Notes: generated from the letters alone by a model not told the origin. Positions 17,091 through 26,600 are shown, numbered from the stretch's first letter. The stretch is DNA of 29,014 bases from Vulcanimicrobiota bacterium (GCA_003133025.1 PKZK01000187.1:58350-87363); one strand, 5' to 3'. Program-made: numbers and translations.

Positions 17091-17384
17091 TTAGTTGACC
17101 GCCGGGGGTTGCCACGTCCTCGAGGCATCGCCGGCGCGCGCGGCCTTTAATTCCTTTTCGATCGGCCAATCCGTGAAGGCGAAGATCAGGTAGACGACCA
17201 GATTGACCAGCGGGACGAGCATCAATAGCGAATACGCGCCCTGATATCCGGCCTTCACCGCGATTCGCCAATTCACGTAAATCGACAATGCAATGAACGC
17301 GAGGAAGAATACTCCCTCCGCGGCCAGCACGCTCCCGAGTTGCGACATCTGCGCCGGGGTCAACCCCGGGGGAGTGGAATTCAC
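17091..17384 (-). CDS. Small 2-TM membrane protein
   Basis: WRIAVKAGY...LLMLVPLVNL...FAFTDWP; AAAGGCAGG upstream of the GTG. Confidence 0.75.
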   Translation of the reverse strand: MNSTPPGLTPAQMSQLGSVLAAEGVFFLAFIALSIYVNWRIAVKAGYQGAYSLLMLVPLVNLVVYLIFAFTDWPIEKELKAARAGDASRTWQPPAVN

Positions 17385-17489
17385 AAACGGCCTGCCTTTC
17401 TACGCGAGAAATAGTGCGACGTGGTGCCGGCGGGTCAAAGCGGTCCGTACGCCCGCAACCCGAGACTCTCCTCGAAGGCCGTCGGGCGT

Positions 17490-18080
17490 CTAGCTCTTGA
17501 CCTCGATCTTGTCGACCACGCTCTTCACGCCGGGGCTGTGCTTCGCGGCGTCCACGAGCGTCTGACGCAGCGACTCGCTCTTGACCTTGCCGGTGAGCGT
17601 CACCGCGCCATCGTGCGCGGCTACTCGCACGCCGAAGGCGTTGATGCCGCCTTGCGCGATCAAGTCGCCGGTCACCGCGGCGATCGTGCCCGCATCGCGC
17701 GCTTGTTGCGAAACGGGCGGCAGATTCGCATCCGGGCGCAGCGCCGTATCGACGCTCGTCACGCCCGACACGTCCTTGGCACCGGCGGCGAAGCGCGCGG
17801 CGATCGCGTCGGACTTGACCCGCCCGCTGAGTCGCACTTTGCCGCCGTGCACGGAGACGGCGACGTGAAGCGCGGAATCGGCATCGATGCGCAACAACTT
17901 GGCTTCGACCTGCGCGGCGATGCCCACGTCGCTCAGCACCTGCGGTGCGTCCGTCGAAATCGAGTTCGCCGTATCGCGGGCCTGCTCGGAGCTGCACCCG
18001 GCGCTTGCGATCAGTGCGGCGCCCAACGCCAGGATGCGCGTGAGCCCCACGGCCCGGCTAAGCGGATTCAGGATGGTCAT
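17490..18080 (-). CDS. Dual BON-domain (OsmY-like) lipoprotein
   Basis: ATG 18080 after GAGGA; lipobox SAGC; two BON repeats (GKVRLSGRV...GVTSV and GAVTLTGKV...GVKSVVDKIEV). Confidence 0.87.
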   Translation of the reverse strand: MTILNPLSRAVGLTRILALGAALIASAGCSSEQARDTANSISTDAPQVLSDVGIAAQVEAKLLRIDADSALHVAVSVHGGKVRLSGRVKSDAIAARFAAGAKDVSGVTSVDTALRPDANLPPVSQQARDAGTIAAVTGDLIAQGGINAFGVRVAAHDGAVTLTGKVKSESLRQTLVDAAKHSPGVKSVVDKIEVKS

Positions 18081-18186
18081 GCGGTGCTTTTCCTCGTCGA
18101 CGACGTACGGCACGATGGGTTTCTCGTCCGCGTATCGTCGTACCCCGTCGCGAGCGCAGCAAAGCGCCCGGGCAGGAGCGACATAT

Positions 18187-18198
18187 TTGCATATGCAA
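18187..18198. promoter_or_regulatory. Palindromic operator candidate (MarR)
   Basis: Perfect palindrome TTGCATATGCAA in an AT-rich patch, 11 nt before the MarR start. Confidence 0.65.
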
Positions 18199-18209
18199 CC
18201 ATCTCCGGC

Positions 18210-18632
18210 GTGAGCGAACCCTGCATCTGCGTCGCCCTGCGCCGGCTCGCGCGGAAAGCCACCGCCTTGTACGACGCGGAACTGCGCGCCGCGGGTGTCA
18301 CCTTGACCCAATACAGCGCCATGATCCGGCTCGCGCGGCTGGGCACGTGCACGCTGTCGGAACTCGCAACCGAAGCCGGCCTCGACGTCGCGACGTTGTC
18401 GCGCAAGGTGGCTCCGCTGATCGCCTCCGATTGGATCTCGGTCGGCACGGCCGGCGATCGCCGCGCCAAGCGCTACGCCTTGACCGCGGAGGGAAAGCGC
18501 GTCTTGCGTCGCGCGCAGGCCGCTTGGCGCCGAGCGCAGGCGAACGCCAAGCGCGTTTTGAGGCCGGAACGAGTCGCCGAAATCCTACGGCTTTCCGACG
18601 CCTTCGGCGAACTCGCGGCGGCGCACGCGTGA
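18210..18632 (+). CDS. MarR-family regulator (N-terminal CxC subtype)
   Basis: CICVALRRLAR...YDAEL...TLTQYS...DVATLSR...DRRAKRYALTAEG; GTG at 18210. Confidence 0.88.
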   Translation: MSEPCICVALRRLARKATALYDAELRAAGVTLTQYSAMIRLARLGTCTLSELATEAGLDVATLSRKVAPLIASDWISVGTAGDRRAKRYALTAEGKRVLRRAQAAWRRAQANAKRVLRPERVAEILRLSDAFGELAAAHA

Positions 18633-19882
18633 AGCGCGGCAAGCTCCACTACGGCTGGGTCGTCGTCGGTGCGGCCTTCTGCGCGCTGCTGGTCTCGGCG
18701 GGCATCCGCGCGACGCCGGGCGTGCTCATTCTGCCGCTCGAACGCGAATTCGGCTGGTCCGATGCGACGATCTCGACGGCGATCGCGATCAACATCGTGC
18801 TCTTCGGCTTGGCCGGCCCGTTCTCGGCGGCGCTCATGGCGCGCATCGGCGTGCGGCCGGTCGTCGCTGCGGCGCTGGGCTTCAACGCGGTCGCCGTCGC
18901 CGCGACGATGTTCGTGCGCGAGCCGTGGCAACTGATCCTGATCTGGGGCGTGTGCGTCGGACTTTCGACGGGCTTGATCGCCAACGTCTTGGCCGCAACA
19001 ATCGCGACGCGCTGGTTCAAGACGTCGCGCGGCGTCGTCGTCGGCTTGCTCTCGGCCAGCGTCTCCACCGGACAACTCGTCTTTCTGCCGCTCTTGGCCT
19101 CGCTTGCGACCGGGCCCGGTTGGCGCTTCGCGGTCGGCGTCGTCGCGGCGGGGGCGCTCCTCGTCGCCGTACCCGTCGTGCTTCTGCTCCGCGAGTGGCC
19201 GGCGAATCTCGGTATTCCGCCCTTCGGCGGGACCGAGATCGAAATGCCGCCCGCCCGCGCCGGAAATCCGCTGCTCAATGCGTTGCGCGAACTACGCGCG
19301 GCCGCGGGCGTGCGCGACTTCCAACTTCTGGCGGCGACCTTCTTCGTCTGCGGCGCCTCGACCAACGGCCTGATCGGCACGCATTTCATCCCCGCCTGCG
19401 GCGATCACGGCATCCCCGAAGTGAAAGCCGCAGGCTTCCTCGCCGCGATGGGCGTGCTCGACCTCGTCGGCACCACGCTCTCCGGCTATCTGTCCGACCG
19501 CCTGGACGCGCGCGTGCTGCTCTTCTGGTATTACGGTTTACGCGGACTCTCGCTCGTCGTATTGCCCCAGGCCATGGCCTTGGGCGACGTCTCGCTGACG
19601 CTCTTCACGCTCTTTTACGGCCTCGACTGGATCGCCACGATCCCGCCCACGCTCAAGCTGACCACGGCGGCTTTCGGGAGCGCCAAGGGCCCGGTGCTCT
19701 ATGGCTGGATCGTCGCCTCGCACCAGTTGGGCGCGGGCGCGGCCGCGCTCTTCGCGGGAATCGTGCGCACGCTCTTCGGCACGTACGATCCGAGTTTCTG
19801 GACCGCCGGCGGTCTCTGTCTGATCGCGGCGGCCCTCGTGCTGGCGATCGGCCGTAAGTCGCTGCGCCCCGCCATGACCTGA
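18629..19882 (+). CDS. MFS transporter
   Basis: GTGA overlap with the MarR stop; about 12 hydrophobic helices; EFGWS, RWF...RG, GYLSDR and HQLGA motifs. Confidence 0.92.
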   Translation: MKRGKLHYGWVVVGAAFCALLVSAGIRATPGVLILPLEREFGWSDATISTAIAINIVLFGLAGPFSAALMARIGVRPVVAAALGFNAVAVAATMFVREPWQLILIWGVCVGLSTGLIANVLAATIATRWFKTSRGVVVGLLSASVSTGQLVFLPLLASLATGPGWRFAVGVVAAGALLVAVPVVLLLREWPANLGIPPFGGTEIEMPPARAGNPLLNALRELRAAAGVRDFQLLAATFFVCGASTNGLIGTHFIPACGDHGIPEVKAAGFLAAMGVLDLVGTTLSGYLSDRLDARVLLFWYYGLRGLSLVVLPQAMALGDVSLTLFTLFYGLDWIATIPPTLKLTTAAFGSAKGPVLYGWIVASHQLGAGAAALFAGIVRTLFGTYDPSFWTAGGLCLIAAALVLAIGRKSLRPAMT

Positions 19883-19895
19883 GGCCGCGAGCGCC

Positions 19896-19927
19896 CGGAC
19901 GATTTGAGAACGGCCGGGTGATACGCT
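19896..19927 (+). promoter_or_regulatory. Candidate activator-dependent promoter: direct repeat plus extended -10
   Basis: CGGACG-ATTTG-AGAACG-GCCGGG-TGA-TACGCT, similar to 2187-2218 on the minus strand. Confidence 0.4.
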
Positions 19928-19959
19928 CCGTGCGTCTCACCCGTCAACGAAGGAACGTC

Positions 19960-21003
19960 ATGAACCACGTCCGCAACGCGACCCTCGTTCTCGTCGCAGC
20001 TCTCGCCGGATGCTCGAGCTCGGCCACCCCCGGCAACGGTCTGCCCGCCGGCAACGCTGAGTTAGACCACACGCGCTACGTCGCCGGACCCGCCGCGCAG
20101 AAGACCGTCCAAACGCTCTATCTCGCCAACAGAGATAGCCCCGCCATCCTCGGCTTTCCCGCGAATTCCGAGGGCAACACCAAGCCGTCGATCAGCATCT
20201 CGGGCTCGAATACGTTGCTCGAAGAGCCCGACGCGTTGGCCGTCGATGCGCACGGGAACATCTATACCGCCAACGACGGCGGACAAGAGATCTACATCTT
20301 CCCTGCCGGTTCGAATGGTAACGTGACGCCGAAGGTGCTCGGCGGCTCCAACGTCCCGCTGACCGCAACCGAAGGCATCGCGATCGATCGCAACGGCGAG
20401 ATCTACGTTTCCGACTACGGAGCCAATCAGATACTCATCTTCGCCGCGGGCGCGAGCGGTAACACCGCTCCGATCAGGACGATCTCCGGAGCGAATACCG
20501 GCGTGGACGAACCGCTGGGGATGGCCTTCGATAGCGCGAACGATCTCTACGTGTCCAACGGCTACTATGGTTCGCGGGACAACCCGCCCATCGTCGAGTT
20601 CTCGCCCACCGCAAACGGCGATGTGAAACCGATCGGAACGCTCGGCATCCCGGGCGGCGGCGGAAAGGCGACGCTCGACGGCCAGTTCAGCATCGCCGTC
20701 AACGCCAAGGACGACATCATCGTGGGCAACACGCACACGGGCGCGGTCGACATCTTCAAGCACGGAGCCAGGGGCAACGTGAAGCCCGACGCGATCATCA
20801 CCGGCTCGAACACGGGCTTCGACGACATCACCTCGCTCGGAATCGACGCCAAAGGCTTCATTTACGTCACCAACTACGCGGGCACGTCGCCGGACGCGGT
20901 GCTGGTGTTCAGCCCCTCGGCCAAAGGCAATGCGGCGCCGGTTCGGGTTCTCAGCGGCACGAAGACCACGTTTTCCGAGCCGCTCTGCCCCTCGTTCTTC
21001 TAG
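19960..21003 (+). CDS. NHL-repeat beta-propeller lipoprotein
   Basis: AAGGA RBS; lipobox LAGC; repeated units of type P.GIA.D..G.IYV.N...I.IF..GA.GN..P..TI.G.NT. Confidence 0.85.
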   Translation: MNHVRNATLVLVAALAGCSSSATPGNGLPAGNAELDHTRYVAGPAAQKTVQTLYLANRDSPAILGFPANSEGNTKPSISISGSNTLLEEPDALAVDAHGNIYTANDGGQEIYIFPAGSNGNVTPKVLGGSNVPLTATEGIAIDRNGEIYVSDYGANQILIFAAGASGNTAPIRTISGANTGVDEPLGMAFDSANDLYVSNGYYGSRDNPPIVEFSPTANGDVKPIGTLGIPGGGGKATLDGQFSIAVNAKDDIIVGNTHTGAVDIFKHGARGNVKPDAIITGSNTGFDDITSLGIDAKGFIYVTNYAGTSPDAVLVFSPSAKGNAAPVRVLSGTKTTFSEPLCPSFF

Positions 21004-21449
21004 TCGTCGCGGCGTAGCGCGTACGCCAAGACGTCCGCCGCGGCGTCGCAGGTTGCGAGCTCGTCGGGCCCAAGGTGCGCGAGCACCGCGGCAAGACGAG
21101 ACTCGCGATTGCGCCGTCCGTCCTCCAGAAGCCGACGACCCTTCGCGGTCGCTTCCAGCAACGCGTAGCGTCGATCGTTCGGGTCGGCGCTGCGTCGCGC
21201 ATAGCCGCCGCGCACGAGTGCGGCCGCGATCCGGGTCATCGTGGGCTGCGACACCTGCTCGAGTGCGGCCAGCCGCCCGAGCGTCGCCGGGCCGCCGAAG
21301 ACGAGCACCGAGAGCGCCGACAGACGCGCCGACGTGACGCCCAGGCGCGGGTCGTCCTTGCGCGCCTCGCGCAAGAGCCGGATGCTCACCGAGTGCAACT
21401 TCGCCGCGACGCTTGACGCTTTCAACCTCCTGGGCGATTCTCTTAGCAA
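21000..21449 (-). CDS. MarR-family regulator (true start may be TTG at 21425)
   Basis: SARLSALSVL...TLGRLAALEQVSQPTMTRI...DPNDRR...T.KG. Confidence 0.85.
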   Translation of the reverse strand: MLRESPRRLKASSVAAKLHSVSIRLLREARKDDPRLGVTSARLSALSVLVFGGPATLGRLAALEQVSQPTMTRIAAALVRGGYARRSADPNDRRYALLEATAKGRRLLEDGRRNRESRLAAVLAHLGPDELATCDAAADVLAYALRRDD

Positions 21450-21456
21450 TGCAAAG
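21413..21456 (+). promoter_or_regulatory. Candidate leaderless sigma-70 promoter and operator of the VOC gene
   Basis: TTGACG (21413-18)-N17-GATTCT (21436-41), with ATG 7 nt later. Imperfect inverted repeat CTTAGCA-A-TGCAAAG (21442-56). Confidence 0.5.
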
Positions 21457-21820
21457 CACTCCTCCGGCCCTCAACGCGAACCTGATCATGCTCGGCGTCG
21501 CCGGCCTCGATGCCGCGCTGCCGTTTTACACGGGCACGCTGGGCTTGGCGCTGCAGCAACGTCACGGCGGCTTGGCCTTCCTATCCGCCGGGGCGTTGAC
21601 GCTCGTGCTCAGCGAAGAGTTGCGCAAAGCCGTACCCGGGGGCGCGCCGCGCGACGTGGAGATCGTCTTCTCCGTGAGCAGCGTCGCCGCGACCCATGCC
21701 GCCTTGCGCGAGCGCGGCGTCACCTTCCGCACGGGGCCGCGGGAAATCGGCGGCGGTTATCACGTCGCCAACTTCACCGACCGCGACGGTCATCTGCTTT
21801 CGCTGTACGGGCCGCCGTAA
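21449..21820 (+). CDS. VOC / glyoxalase-bleomycin-resistance family protein
   Basis: FYTGTLGL...FSVSSV...LRERGVTF...FTDRDGHLLSL; ATG at 21449. Confidence 0.88.
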   Translation: MQSTPPALNANLIMLGVAGLDAALPFYTGTLGLALQQRHGGLAFLSAGALTLVLSEELRKAVPGGAPRDVEIVFSVSSVAATHAALRERGVTFRTGPREIGGGYHVANFTDRDGHLLSLYGPP

Positions 21821-21832
21821 GGCGGCCCGGGC

Positions 21833-24800
21833 TCAGTCGTCCTCGCGGCGCGCGCCGTGCTCGTCGGCCTTCTCGTCCTTCTTCTCCACCGGCGGCTTTG
21901 CGGTCAGGTCGATGGGCTTGAGGCCCGCGCTCACGAACTCGGCCTGAAGCGGCCCGACGCGGTCGCGCAGGAACGCCGCGTATTTGGCCAGCGCCGCATC
22001 GACTTCACCGCGCACGACGCCGCTCTCGCGCTCTTGCTCCGCCGTCGGCGAGAGCGTCGTTGCGATGCCCAGCAGCGACTGGAGCCGTTCGCGCAGATGG
22101 TCTTCCAGGAAGTCGTTGTCTTGGCCGTTGACGGGATGCGAACTCAACACGTAGGCGAGCGTCGACGCATCCGCGCCGACCTGCGTCGCGCGTTGGGCGG
22201 CCGCCGCGTCGCTCTTTTTCAGCGCAGCGATGCGTTCGGGCAACCCGAGCGAGAGATTGTCGAGGGCGTTCAAGGCCGTATCGATGCGCGAGAACGCGTC
22301 GAAGAGCGCTGCGAGATAAGCGACGTGCGCGGCCCGCTCCGCCGGCGTCCGCCCCGCCCGCGGATCGGGTGCGATCGTAATGCTGCTCGCATACGCCTTA
22401 CCGTCGACGTCGAGCCGCACGGTGTACACGCCCGGCAGCAAATCGGCGCCGCCGTCGGGGCCGCGATTCCACTTCGGCGCGCGATACCAGGGCACGGGCT
22501 CGTCGCCGGTGAGGTCCCACACCACGCGGTTGAAGCCCGCGGTATTGCTCACGACGGGTTGCTCCTCGTCGTCGACCTCCGCCGTGCCCGCGAACTTGCG
22601 CACGACGCGCCCGTGGATGTCGATGATGTCGATCTCGGGCTCGCTTTTCGCGGGTTGAGCGAGCGCGAACGTGAGCAGCACCGCCCCGTCGGGATCGTCA
22701 CCGTTGAGCGACGTGGGGTTGGTCGGTGCGGCGTACTCGTACTGATACGCCGTCGGCGGCGGGAAGAGCGTGGTTGCGATCGGACCGGTCTTGGCGCGTT
22801 CGAGCACCGCCACCGCGTCGTCGAGGATCCAGACGCCGCGGCCGTGCGTGCCCGCGATCAGGTCGCGCCCGTCGGGCGAGAAGCGCAGATCGCGCACCGA
22901 GGCGTGGGGTAGGTTCTGCTGCAGCGAGCGCCACGTCGCGCCGCCGTCGCCGCTCCACCAGACGCTATTTTCGAGCCCGAGGAAGAGCACCGAGGGGTCG
23001 TGCGGATCCTCCGCGATCGTACGCGCAAACTGATCCGCGGGCAGACCCGTCACGATAGGGCTCCACGTCTTACCGTAATCGTGCGTCACGTACGCGTACG
23101 GAGCGCGATCGCCCGTGAAGTGCCGGTCGAGCACCGCATAGGCGGTGGCCGGATCGCGATGCGATGCCTCGAGCGTCGGCACGCGCGCGTCCATGTCGGC
23201 CGCGGGCATCGTCACGTCGCGCCAGTGCGCCCCGCCGTCGCGCGTCAACTGCACTTTGCCGTCGTCGCTGGTCACCCAGATCTCGCCGCGCGCCACGGTC
23301 GAGGGCACGACATCGAGGAGCGTGTCGTACGACTCGGCGCCCGTCACGTCGAGGCGTAACGGCGTACCGCTGAGGCCCTGCCGCGCTTTGATGTCGCGGG
23401 TGAGGTCGGGCGAGATGGGCCGCCACGTGCGGCCCGCATCGGTCGTGCGGAAGAGCACGTTGCCGCCAAAGTACGCAACGTGTCCGTCGAAGGGCGAAAA
23501 CGCCAGAGGCGCCTCCCAATTGAAGCGATAACGCAAGCGCGCGGGCGCGACCACGTTCTGATTGTGCAAGTACGGCGACACGTCGAGCGTCAAGCGCGTC
23601 TTCACGTTGTAGCGGCTCAGTTCACCCTGATTGTCGCCGCCGCCCGAAGAACCCCACACCCAATCGGGATCGACCGGATCGGGAATCGTCCAGTTGCCGT
23701 CGCCGCCCGCGACGCGATCCCAATCCTTGGCCAAGATGCCTTTGCCGCTGCGCCCGTACGACGGCCCGCACCACGAGCCGTTGTCTTGCAAGCCCAGGCA
23801 CACGTGATACGGCCGCGCGGCATCGGTCGCGACCCGATACACCTGACCGATGGGCACGTTGTTGCGCCACTCCCAGGTCGCGCCGTTATCGTTGGAAATC
23901 GCGGGACCGCCGTCGTTGCCTTCGAGAATGCGCCGCCCGTCGGCGGAAAACCACACGTCGTGGTGGTCGCCGTGGATGCGTTTGCCGCTGAGTTGCCACG
24001 TCGCGCCGCCGTTCTTGCTTTCGGCCAACCGCACCGAGGTTGCAAAGAGGTGATCTTCGTCGTGCGGATCGACGAAGATGCGCGTGTAGTAAAACGGACG
24101 CTCGTCGATCAGCGTATTGCTCGAGGTCAGCTTCCAATGCGCCCCCCCGTCGTCCGAGCGCCACAGAATGCCCTGCGCCGATTCAACCAGCGCGTAGACG
24201 CGCTTGGGGTCGCTCGGCGCGACCGCGACCCCGATGCGCCCCGTGATGCCTTCGGCAAAGCCGTTCCCGCTCACCCGCGTCCAGGTCACGCCGCCGTCGG
24301 TCGATTTGAACAGCCCGTCGCGTTCGCCGCCGCTGTCGAGATGCCACGACGAACGGTGGAACTGCCACATCGAAGCGTAGAGCACGTCGGGTTCCTTGGC
24401 GCTGCGGCTCAGATCGGCGGCGCCGCTCTCGGGTCCCAGCGAAAGCGTTCTGGTCCACGTTTTGCCGCCGTCGATCGTGCGGTACACGCCGCGCTCGTCC
24501 GAATCGCGAAACGGATCGCCGAGCGCCGCGACGACGGCAACCTTGGGGTCGCGCGGATCGAGCGCGATCTTCGAGATCGCATAGCTTTTGTCGAGGCCGA
24601 GGTGCGTCCAGGTTTCGCCGCCGTCGGTCGAGCGATAGATGCCGTCGCCGTACGACACGTCGTTGCGCGGGTTCGACTCGCCCGTACCCACCCACACGTC
24701 CTTCGCATTGCCCGGCGCGATCGCGATCGCCCCGATCGACCCGACGTCTTGCTTGTCGAACACGGGGTGCCAGGTCGTCATGGCATTGGTGCTGCGCCAC

Positions 24801-25081
24801 ACGCCGCCGCCCGCCGCACCGATGTAGACGAGTGCCGGATCGGAGTCGGAGCCCGCAATCGCCGCAAGCCGTCCGCCGCCGATCGCGGGCCCGATGTTCC
24901 GCCACGCGAGCGCGTCCATCGGCCCGGGCGTCGGCGTGGGACTCGCCGACGGCGCAGGACTCGGCGATGCCGGAGCAGAGCTCGGTGCCGGCGCAGGCCG
25001 GGCAGGCGTTCGAACCGGTTGCCCCGCTAGGGCGGCAAACGTAATCAAGACCGCTATGAAAGCGGCGCGGAAACGGGTCAT
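21833..25081 (-). CDS. Large secreted VPS10/sortilin-like BNR (Asp-box) repeat protein, often annotated as glycosyl hydrolase
   Basis: Signal peptide from ATG 25081; WRNIGP...GGR; many S/T-x-D-G-G-x-T-W boxes; GTHGRGVWILDD; PGVYTVRL; helical C-terminus. Confidence 0.88.
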   Translation of the reverse strand: MTRFRAAFIAVLITFAALAGQPVRTPARPAPAPSSAPASPSPAPSASPTPTPGPMDALAWRNIGPAIGGGRLAAIAGSDSDPALVYIGAAGGGVWRSTNAMTTWHPVFDKQDVGSIGAIAIAPGNAKDVWVGTGESNPRNDVSYGDGIYRSTDGGETWTHLGLDKSYAISKIALDPRDPKVAVVAALGDPFRDSDERGVYRTIDGGKTWTRTLSLGPESGAADLSRSAKEPDVLYASMWQFHRSSWHLDSGGERDGLFKSTDGGVTWTRVSGNGFAEGITGRIGVAVAPSDPKRVYALVESAQGILWRSDDGGAHWKLTSSNTLIDERPFYYTRIFVDPHDEDHLFATSVRLAESKNGGATWQLSGKRIHGDHHDVWFSADGRRILEGNDGGPAISNDNGATWEWRNNVPIGQVYRVATDAARPYHVCLGLQDNGSWCGPSYGRSGKGILAKDWDRVAGGDGNWTIPDPVDPDWVWGSSGGGDNQGELSRYNVKTRLTLDVSPYLHNQNVVAPARLRYRFNWEAPLAFSPFDGHVAYFGGNVLFRTTDAGRTWRPISPDLTRDIKARQGLSGTPLRLDVTGAESYDTLLDVVPSTVARGEIWVTSDDGKVQLTRDGGAHWRDVTMPAADMDARVPTLEASHRDPATAYAVLDRHFTGDRAPYAYVTHDYGKTWSPIVTGLPADQFARTIAEDPHDPSVLFLGLENSVWWSGDGGATWRSLQQNLPHASVRDLRFSPDGRDLIAGTHGRGVWILDDAVAVLERAKTGPIATTLFPPPTAYQYEYAAPTNPTSLNGDDPDGAVLLTFALAQPAKSEPEIDIIDIHGRVVRKFAGTAEVDDEEQPVVSNTAGFNRVVWDLTGDEPVPWYRAPKWNRGPDGGADLLPGVYTVRLDVDGKAYASSITIAPDPRAGRTPAERAAHVAYLAALFDAFSRIDTALNALDNLSLGLPERIAALKKSDAAAAQRATQVGADASTLAYVLSSHPVNGQDNDFLEDHLRERLQSLLGIATTLSPTAEQERESGVVRGEVDAALAKYAAFLRDRVGPLQAEFVSAGLKPIDLTAKPPVEKKDEKADEHGARREDD

Positions 25082-25111
25082 GCCCCGCCCTTCGCTATCC
25101 TCTCGCAGGAC

Positions 25112-25125
25112 TCGTTCTAGAACGA
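25112..25125. promoter_or_regulatory. Perfect 14-bp palindrome, operator candidate
   Basis: TCGTTCTAGAACGA, 30 nt upstream of the BNR gene start. Confidence 0.45.
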
Positions 25126-25175
25126 ACGGCCGCACTTGAGCCGCATGCATTTTGGCTCCGCGCGCGGATCCGGCT

Positions 25176-26180
25176 TCAGCAGTCGGTGTAGAGCTTCCCG
25201 ACCTTGATCACTTCGAAGTTGCTCGCCGACACGGTCTTGAGCTGATCCAGATCGTCGTCGTTCCAGCGCGTGTCCTCCGCGCCGCTGATGAACCAGTCGC
25301 TGCCGTTGTCGGCCACGAACATACCGTACTTCTTGAGCGCGGTGAGCACCACCAGCGACTCGCCGGTAAACGACGACGTGTCGAACGAGGCCTTGAGGCG
25401 CACGCGCAGGCCCATCGGCGGTTCGTTCGCATCGTGGTTGCTGCTGGCATAGTGCGTCGCCGGATGCTGGTACGCCGCTTGCGTGGTGGCCATCGTGAAG
25501 CGCATGGCGTGATCGATCTCGCCGCTCTCGACCTCGTCGTACTTTACGAGCGCGGGCGTAATCGGCAGCCCAGCCGCGTCGGCCGAGGTCCAGCACTCGG
25601 GCCGCAACTTGTTCGAACTCAGATCGAACACCGCGCCGTTGCCGGCGCGCCAGCCCGGCCCGACGTAATGCGTATCGTAGGTCTCATAGAGATGGCAGTT
25701 GACCTCGCCCACCACGAGCGCATGTCGATCGCCGGTGGAGTGCGCGCCGCCTTCGATCTTCGTATCCCTCGGAAAGGGATACGGGCCCGGATCGCTCTGA
25801 TCCGGATACAGGAAAAACTTCATGGGCACGAAGGGCGTGTCTTTGGGCGCTAACGTTACCGGGATACCGTAATGCGGATTCGAGCCGAAGTCGGGATGCA
25901 GGTTCGTCGAACCGGCGTTCATCGCGGAGAGGTAGTTGGCCGAATTCGGATCGACGGGCGCCTGCGAGATATCGGTGTTCCACGGATTGTCGGCCGGCAA
26001 GACGGGACAGCCGCCGAGCACCGGCACGTCGGGGTGCACGAGCGCGACCGACGCGAGACCGAGAGCGCGATCGCCTGCGCCACTCGAGGCCGACAGCGCT
26101 TGCGCCGCGCACCCCGCGAGCGCGAGCGCGGCCACGCAGGCCATCGGTTTGGACGAACAACGGAACATGCGTCGGTGCAC
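25176..26180 (-). CDS. Conserved hypothetical lipoprotein
   Basis: GGAGG RBS; lipobox LAGC; motifs PADNPWNTDIS, GDRH, LYE, SADAAGLP, IDHAMRFT and ALKKYGMFVADNG. Confidence 0.82.
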   Translation of the reverse strand: MHRRMFRCSSKPMACVAALALAGCAAQALSASSGAGDRALGLASVALVHPDVPVLGGCPVLPADNPWNTDISQAPVDPNSANYLSAMNAGSTNLHPDFGSNPHYGIPVTLAPKDTPFVPMKFFLYPDQSDPGPYPFPRDTKIEGGAHSTGDRHALVVGEVNCHLYETYDTHYVGPGWRAGNGAVFDLSSNKLRPECWTSADAAGLPITPALVKYDEVESGEIDHAMRFTMATTQAAYQHPATHYASSNHDANEPPMGLRVRLKASFDTSSFTGESLVVLTALKKYGMFVADNGSDWFISGAEDTRWNDDDLDQLKTVSASNFEVIKVGKLYTDC

Positions 26181-26272
26181 GGCAGAGCCTCCTTGCGATG
26201 CCTACGCCGCACCGCGCCACCCCTCCGGCAGCCGGCCCGGAAAAGTGAGCCCGCACGCCGAAGGCACCATCC

Positions 26273-26587
26273 ATGGCCGCACGCGTGCTCGCACTCTACA
26301 GCCATCCCGCCGACCCGGCGGCATTCGACGCATACTATGCGCAAACGCACCTGCCGATCGCGAAGAAGCTGCCCGGCCTGCGAGCGTATACCACGAGCGC
26401 CGGCCAGCTCGCCACGGGCGACGGTTCGCAAGCTCCGTATTATCTCGTCGCCGAGCTGGATTTCGACTCGCTGGAAGCCATCGCGGCCGGCTTGCAGACC
26501 CCCGAAGGCGCCGCGACCGTCGCCGACCTGGCCAACTTCGCGCAGGCCGGCGTCCAGATCGTCTTCTACGAACTCAAAGACGTCTGA
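26273..26587 (+). CDS. EthD-family protein
   Basis: LY..PADPAAFDAYY...HLP.AKKLPGL...AELDFDS...DLANF. Confidence 0.88.
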   Translation: MAARVLALYSHPADPAAFDAYYAQTHLPIAKKLPGLRAYTTSAGQLATGDGSQAPYYLVAELDFDSLEAIAAGLQTPEGAATVADLANFAQAGVQIVFYELKDV

Positions 26588-26600
26588 TCGGCGCGGCGAG

